64,000 nt of DNA from Octopus vulgaris (taxonomy: Eukaryota), in assembly GCA_951406725.2 (NCBI GenBank), contig OX597820.1, forward strand, positions 48,484,001-48,548,000, given 5' to 3'. Below are positions 57,287 to 64,000 of the stretch, in pieces (position 1 is the stretch's first letter; each line of letters opens with the position of its first letter). Position numbers and translations under genes: made by a program. The notes below the pieces were generated by a model. That model had not been told where the DNA came from and did not search any database. It saw only the letters and a program-made list of their open reading frames with translations.

Positions 57287-57329
57287 CCACCTGAAGATTG
57301 TCGATCAAGACAAGAAACGATTGTAGTGG
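57287..57329 (+). ncRNA. Minimal type-I hammerhead ribozyme (near intact)
   Basis: CCAC-CUGAAGA-UUGUC(GAUCAA)GACAA-GAAAC-GAUU-GUA/GUGG: stem I 4 bp, stem II 5 bp, 2-bp stem III with a near-palindromic ACGAU(C>U)GU loop; predicted cleavage after A57325. The 10.1-11.1 pair is U-A rather than the usual G-C. Confidence 0.75.
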
Positions 57330-57559
57330 CGGTTTTTTTGACTATTTATTAAAATTTTATGTATTGATTAAGTCTTTCCTTGTTTGTTTTGCAAAATAGT
57401 GGTTTTGTCTCTAATAATATTTTATAATATTTTATTATATATATATATATATATACACACAATCTGTGTGAGTGTGTATGTGAATATGTGTGGAAATGCT
57501 TTACTGTTTAGACTGTTGCACACATGTTCGTAAGATAGGGGTTTCAATCCGTGTTACCC

Positions 57560-58190
57560 CTGCACACTTATCTAGTTAACAGTCCAACAAAATTTGGAGG
57601 ATGCAGTACCAGGCAGTGTCTTGAAGGCGCATTTAAATGGTATGAACATAAACCAGAAGACGTCACCGAAAATAATGAATATGATCTTGTGGGAATTTTA
57701 CACTCAGTGTAATTCAGTGACTTATGCTCGGAAACCAGATATTACTGTAATTGCCAAAATGATGAAGGAAACTAAAATTATAGACATTGCCATATCTGGA
57801 GATGTGCAAGTGGATGACAAATAATTAGTAAAGGTTGAGAAGTACAAACCACTAAAAGATGAGAATGCATACATGTGTGCAATGAAGAAAGTAACTGTCA
57901 GCTCAGTAGCTGCTGGAGCTCTGAAAGTATTAACAACCAGATTTGAGAAATTTGTTGGAGAAATTGGTATTGACAAGAGGGTAGAAGATGCTCAGAAAAC
58001 TGTTCTGTTGGGGACAGCGACGATTTTGAGATAGGTACTTGGATGTTACGTATTATGTATAAAAACGACGATATCATAGAAAACAGGTTGTTGTCCGCTC
58101 TTATAGAATTAGCCGGAACAAGTGAAATGAAGAACTCCGATAAGGAAATGGAAATAATAATAGTAACAACAACAACAATAATAATAAGCT
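57560..58190 (+). mobile_element. R4/Dong-clade non-LTR retrotransposon 3' remnant (restriction-like endonuclease)
   Basis: MILWEFYTQCNSVTYARKPDITVIAKMMKETKIIDIAISGDVQVDDK*LVKVEKYKPLKDE...AQKTVLLGTATILR, the RKPD..D..K..KY RLE motif of R4/Dong; ends in AAT/AAC repeats. Confidence 0.9.
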
Positions 58191-58239
58191 GAATTTTTAA
58201 GATGTTATTCAAGCAATAAATGCAAGAACAGTAACGGTA

Positions 58240-59415
58240 ATCAAATATGAAGTTGGAATTGTAGATTGAACAAAAAACGACACATAAACTTGACAGAAAA
58301 CTTAGAAGTTTGTGGGTAATATATTGAATACATCACTCGAAATCTGATATTAACCGATTCTACTTGAAGAGAGACCTGGGTGGAAGAGGTTTATTTTCTG
58401 TAGAAGATTGAGTACAGGTGAGAAAAAAGACTCCTAGAATATTTACAGAACAGCACGGAGAAATTACTAAAGACAGTGAAATCACAATAGGTAAACAAGT
58501 GTGGAATAGGAAAAAAGGATAAAGATGAAGTTCATAGAAAACATGTTACACAAATTGAAGAGAAACCGTTGCATGATCAGCTTTGAAAAGCCATCCGAGG
58601 ATATGTGTGTACCAAGAACCTGGGCTTGCTTGAAGAAAGTGCAACTGAAAAAAGAAACAGAAAGACATGCTATAGCAGCTCTCAAGATGAAGCATTAAAA
58701 ACAACCAAATTGAGAAAATATGCGTTTGGTGAGAAAGTGTCAGCAAAGTGTAGAGTGTGTAGATTTGGGGATGAAATGATGACACGCATTATTGCTAAAT
58801 GCTTTACGTTGGCTCAGGGACAATATAACAAATGGAGACATTACCATCTTGTTGAACTTTTGCACTGGAAACTTTGTTAGAAAGCTGGAAGTACTTGGTG
58901 TGATCATTGGGCTCAAAGAGTGCTGCTTGAGTTAGAGAAATGCAAAATTTTATGAGATTTTCATATTCAAATGCATAAGAAGCCAGAAAAATAAAATAGA
59001 CATAACAATAATAGACAAGGAAAATTGCAGTTGTTGACAATTTGATCCATCGTATCGGTTTGATTTCAGGATTATAAAGAAAGAAGGTGTAAAATTAAGA
59101 AATACAATCTCATAAAATTTGAACTAGCGAGAAATTCGAATATGAAATCTGTAAAGGTTGGGCCTGTGATAATTGCTGTATTAGTAAGTGTGAGAAATGA
59201 TATAGACAAATGGTTAAAGGAGATTGGGATACAATGTCCAGTGATGCTTCTACAGAAAGTTTGCTTCTTAAGGGCAGGAAAGATTAGCAGAAGTGTTTTC
59301 AGCGCTTGAAAGATTATTGAAAGCTGATGGATATCCAAATTTACAGGAAGTTACCGGCTACACACATATACTCTACCAGGGTTAAGAACAAAGCTGAGTC
59401 AAATCGAATAACATT
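58240..59415 (+). mobile_element. Second R4/Dong-clade remnant (post-RT region, CCHC finger, RLE)
   Basis: HSKSDINRFYLKRDLGGRGLFSVED, CRVC...EMMTRIIAKCFTLAQGQYNKWRH..VELLHWKLC, KWLKEIGIQCPVMLLQKVC; followed by (AAT)n at 59415-59550. Confidence 0.9.
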
Positions 59416-59433
59416 AATAATAATAATAATAAC

Positions 59434-59519
<86 letters not shown>

Positions 59520-59816
59520 TAATAATAAAAATAGTAATAATAATAATAGTATTAACAACAACAACAATATTATACAGGTAATTATTCTTACTCTTGCTTG
59601 CAAATCTTACTTGTAAGATTTTCCCAGAAGAATCGAAAGTTAAAAATTTAAATTCGATCGTTTCTAAACAAACAACATATCTATACTACATTTGCAAAAA
59701 TATTCATTTATTCATAAGTCTTGTTAACTTTCTCTGGATCACCCATAGTACTTCAGTTACTTTATAATGATCAATAATAACCAGCTGTTCTATTTGATTT
59801 TAACTATATAGATGCG

Positions 59817-59860
<44 letters not shown>

Positions 59861-59873
59861 TACACAAATATCT

Positions 59874-59917
<44 letters not shown>

Positions 59918-59934
59918 ATATATATACACAAATA

Positions 59935-59991
<57 letters not shown>

Positions 59992-59993
<2 letters not shown>

Positions 59994-60282
59994 GAGAAAA
60001 AAGCAACAAGAATGGATTAGTTTTTCAGTACAATTGTTTCATACAAAGACAAGCTTTATTAAAAGCTGCAAATATTGCAGCAAATATTTGCAGCTTTTAA
60101 TAAAGCTTGTCTTTGTATGAAACAATTGTACTGAAAAATCATCCATTCTTGTTGCTTTTTTCTCGTTTATAATCACCCCACATTATTGTATGGTTAATAC
60201 CATATAGTTTTCTGGTGCATCTAATTTAAGTACCGCATTCAAGTGAATTCAATAGAACTGATTTGAATCTTAATTGCTTTTA

Positions 60283-60285
<3 letters not shown>
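59992..60285 (+). mobile_element. 5'-truncated Penelope-like end: near-perfect ~85-bp hairpin plus ~120-nt tail, in (TA)n
   Basis: 59992-60076 is the reverse complement of ~60083-60166; contains the HHR 3' half GAAAC-AAUU-GUA (60119-60130) with palindrome ACAAUUGU. Confidence 0.7.
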
Positions 60286-60324
<39 letters not shown>

Positions 60325-60366
60325 TATAATACACACACACACACATACATACATATATATATATAT

Positions 60367-60721
60367 GAATCTGAAAACGAAGAGGAGTGTGGAGATTTAT
60401 TCACATCCAAAACTTTTTATTAAAAATGTTTTCTACAGCATATATATAACAATGACCAACATTTGTTGCTATTGCAACAACTAAACATTGCTCCGAATGC
60501 AAAATATGCATCCTGTTCGCTGCAATTTCATCAAGAGTCCATCACTTACAACGTTTTCAAAGAGAACTTATTCAAACTTCCTGCGTTGGTATTCAGTGGA
60601 AGGCTATAGAGTTACTTTTTTTACATCAACTTAAATTCTGGTCTTATAATCACCTCCACGGGTATTACAGTTGAATTATCGCTTGTAAAATGTTCATTCC
60701 TATTACATTGAATTGTAGTAG

Positions 60722-60726
<5 letters not shown>
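60367..60726 (-). mobile_element. Penelope-like remnant with decayed HHR (60454-60539), flanked by (TA)n
   Basis: Minus strand: GACUC-UUGAUGA-A-AUUGCAGC...GUUGCAAU-A-GCAAC-AAAU-GUU-GGUC, then AAUAAA; two core substitutions. Confidence 0.5.
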
Positions 60727-60758
<32 letters not shown>

Positions 60759-61275
60759 TGTATGTATGTATGTATATGTTTAATACACAAAGAGTTACTT
60801 ATAGTTTCATGCTATTACGATATTTTAAATTGATAGATTTATAAAACACTCCTTGCATCTCCAAGCAATCTTGCAGGCCCTGTTCATGCGTTAGATGTAT
60901 TTTTAATACAACCGCGCTAGACTACAAGTAGAAACCATAATTAACGTAGCTGATGCAGAACAATATGACTGAAAATATGCGTTATATGTGCGTATTTGCG
61001 CTCGTGCCTGTTTGCGTGTCTGCTAACCACTGTCATACTATACGCAATACATTCTAGTGAAGTATTTCCTTGCCGTTTGTCATCACTAATATATGGCAAT
61101 CGTTGCTTTGACTTTAACTAACAAATAAAGTAAATTTTATTAGTTCATAATGACTCACAATATTAAGAAGCCCTCCAGTATCTATTTATCTACTAACGAG
61201 ATCTATAATACAATCTTCTAAACATTTATCAACATAGCAGATTCCATCACGATAATACATTGATAATATTCAATT

Positions 61276-61307
<32 letters not shown>

Positions 61308-61322
61308 CAGTATGTGGGTATG

Positions 61323-61353
<31 letters not shown>

Positions 61354-61640
61354 TTGTGTATATTTAGTGTGTATTGTTTGATTCATCCTTCCCCCATGGC
61401 AATTCATTTTCTGTTCAGTATATCGAAGTATTTTTCTATTCATTATTCATTTCGTTTCTAATTACTTTTCATCGCTATTCTTCAACAGCCAAACTATTTT
61501 CTGTATCCCAGAATGCCGAACAGTTATCTTCCTTAAGACACTGCGATTTTAAGTAACAATTTCACTATAATTCGTAATAACACATTACGTAACCCGTCTA
61601 ATTCTCTTTTTGAACCTGATAATCATACCTATTTCTAGTA

Positions 61641-61770
61641 TACAGTCGTGGTTAAAAATTTGGAACATTTTGTTTAAAATTAAAACTGTTATGCCCAGCT
61701 ACAATTCGATTAAAATATATACATTTAATATGAACATTCTAATTTAATATGAACATTCTAATTTTCAGAG
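61641..61770 (+). mobile_element. Tc1-like terminal remnant
   Basis: TAcagtcgtggttaaaaatttggaac resembles Tc1-family CAGT TIR starts; partner end not found. Confidence 0.4.
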
Positions 61771-61789
61771 CTATCATTTATCTTTTATT

Positions 61790-61985
61790 TTTTCATTTGC
61801 TTTAGTCACTAGACTGTGGCCATGCTGGAACACCGCCTTAAAGAATTTTAGTCGAAGAAATCGGCCCTAGTACTTCTTTATCTTTTTTAAAGTAGGACGT
61901 ATACTATTGGGATTTTTTTGCGAAACTAATAAGTTATAGGGACACAAACACAAAAACATCGGTTGTCAAGTGGGGATGGGGGTAT
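61790..61985 (-). mobile_element. SINE family B, 3' half
   Basis: gactgtggccatgctggaacaccgcctt...catcggttgtcaag. Confidence 0.8.
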
Positions 61986-62003
61986 AGTTACATAAAGAAA
62001 GAT

Positions 62004-62038
<35 letters not shown>

Positions 62039-62281
62039 CATACAATTACACACAGACATACACACACACACACACATATATATATAACAATCAATAAAGT
62101 TTTATAACTCATAAATTATCATAATAGACGGTACGCTGAGCATCAGCTTGCTAGAAATAAGAGTTAAAATACTCAAACAAGCCATCAAATTCACTGAAAA
62201 TCATACCACAACCAACAAGCATCGAGCAAACGAGCAGAGAAAATTTAACATTTTAACTGAGCTGAAAGGTATAGAATTAGG

Positions 62282-62321
<40 letters not shown>

Positions 62322-62501
62322 CTGTATCATGATTTCGAATTCTGGATTACTCCTGAATTCTCTTCGCTAAAATCAAACTCGCCTCGTATCCGTTAAGCGC
62401 TGAAGAGGTTCAATTGTTTGAGTATTTTAACATCTTTAAACATCTTTGTCATATATTTTTAAATAGCATTTGATTGACTACATGGAAATTTATCCTCTTT
62501 C

Positions 62502-62590
62502 TCTCTGATGAGTTGTTGTATTACCTAATAATGATTATCAATTTTAGATTCCATTTGAAAATGTAATACCTTCACGAAACGATCATAAGA
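62502..62590 (+). ncRNA. Decayed minimal HHR with long stem II, in a Penelope-like remnant (~62320-62850) next to (TA)n
   Basis: UCU-CUGAUGA-GU...GUAUUAC(~38 nt)GUAAUAC...AC-GAAAC-GAUC-AUA-AGA; palindrome ACGAUC(G>A)U. Confidence 0.6.
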
Positions 62591-64000
62591 TATTTTTAAA
62601 AATTTAATTTTTTAAATAAGTATACTTTGTATATTTATACATCTATCTATTAATACAATATTATTTTGGACGTATATCTTATTTGATGATTTTTTGATAT
62701 AATTTTCCTGCTCCTAATTTATAATATAATAAACTATCGCTATTATTAAATGTCTAAATACTTTAATATTTTATACATTTCCCTACCAAGAACACTTATT
62801 AGAAATTCAGTTTATTCTACTCTCATTGAATATATTTAGACTTGATAAACGATATGTATGTATGTGTACACACACACATACATTTAATTTAGCTTGACCA
62901 CATGCCCTCGAGTGGGATGCAGTCTATTGCTGCTTCTTTTTCTACAAATGGTTATTTCGTTAAGAGAATGTTAACAGGCAATGGTGATTACGGTATCCAG
63001 AGGAGAAGTTACGAACTGTAAAATGATTTGGTGTGGTTCATAAAGGTGTATTGTTGGCAGACTCCAGAGACAGACTTGGAGGGCTGACTCATCATTTGAA
63101 TGAAGTGACACAAAGCTCTTAGTACTGAACGAATACAGAGAAGCCGAAAGTTTGGAGATGAGGAAGAAACTAGGACACCACTGCTTATCAGAAGACCAGA
63201 CCATCGACGACATTACCAGACACGAGAAACTTGACGGTATATTTTGCCATAATGGAGATGCGGAATGCGATATCAAATGCAAACTCTAAAATATGATAGT
63301 TTTTGTTTAGACGATGTACAAAATTTGATAAATACACACAATGGATAGAAACATCTAGGTCTGTCTGAACAAGAGTATTGTGTTTCTGAGAGTCATACAT
63401 GCAAGTACAATTGGGAGGTAGACTGCAAAAATTAGCTGACCAAAGAAAACCCCAAGATGTTATCAAATTCCAAAAAACTCTTATGAAGGGTATCATGGCG
63501 AAGAATCCACGATGCTGCTACAGAATGTAATGAGCAGTTCATGTTCTGCAGCAGCCAAATCATTGGCCTGCACGAAAAAAACATTGAACTGGACACCAGT
63601 TTGAGGATGGAGAAATCAAGAATGAACAAGTTTTACAGGATGCCGCTCATTCCAGCGAGGCATCAAAAATGTCAATAGGCAATGGGAAATATTAAAGATA
63701 GATGAGATGATAAAGACTGGAAAAATACTGCAGTCTGATACACAAATATGCCGTCAATAGAATGTGTAGTACATAATTGAGATGTTTGAGTGTGTGCACT
63801 CACGTGTTTACACACACAGACACACACACATACATATACACACACGTACATCATCTGCATGCAGTTTCGTTGAAATCATTACGTGCCCTTCCATTAATGT
63901 GTACCTGTGTGCTTGTGTGTATGTGTGTGAGCGTGTGTACATATGTGCGTAGATATATGTGTGTGCATAATACTTAGTGTGCAAATGATTGTGCGCACGC

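Larger units (their letters stand above)
53122..57437 (+). mobile_element. ~4.3 kb ORF-less composite element between (TA)n tracts: long hairpin, nested tandem repeats and 3' HHR (putative non-autonomous Penelope-like/retrozyme-like element)
   Basis: (TA)n at 53108-53121 and 57437-57455; internal parts listed separately. Treating it as one element is inference. Confidence 0.55.

Noticed and set aside
62890-63720. LINE endonuclease remnant; similar coding-like decay at 37740-37960 and 7460-7930
   Set aside because: Purine-rich and coding-like, but no diagnostic motif could be read.

Overview
AT-rich, microsatellite-saturated eukaryotic DNA with no convincing host protein-coding exon. The SINE repertoire and the density of (TA)n, (TATG)n, (GATA)n and (CA)n point to an octopus/coleoid cephalopod intergenic or intronic region (inference from repeat content). 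Almost all supplied ORFs are microsatellite artefacts. Recognisable content: many copies of three main tRNA-derived SINE families; decayed Tc1/mariner transposases and MITEs; LINE remnants (L1/Tx1, CR1/L2-like, RTE, and two tandem R4/Dong copies ending in AAT tracts); a solo LTR with a 4-bp TSD; and a Helitron/Helentron-type element. The most interesting signal is a set of non-coding, Penelope-like insertions in or next to (TA)n tracts. They carry minimal type-I hammerhead ribozyme (HHR) motifs with palindromic stem III and often unusually long stem II, and three copies share an inverted-arm plus ~100-120 nt tail architecture. The largest is a ~4.3 kb ORF-less element (53122-57437). It combines a gap-free, evenly mismatched 110-bp hairpin, a hierarchical ~1.74 kb G/T-skewed duplication and a near-intact HHR. 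All motif and pairing calls were made by eye; nothing was searched or folded computationally.
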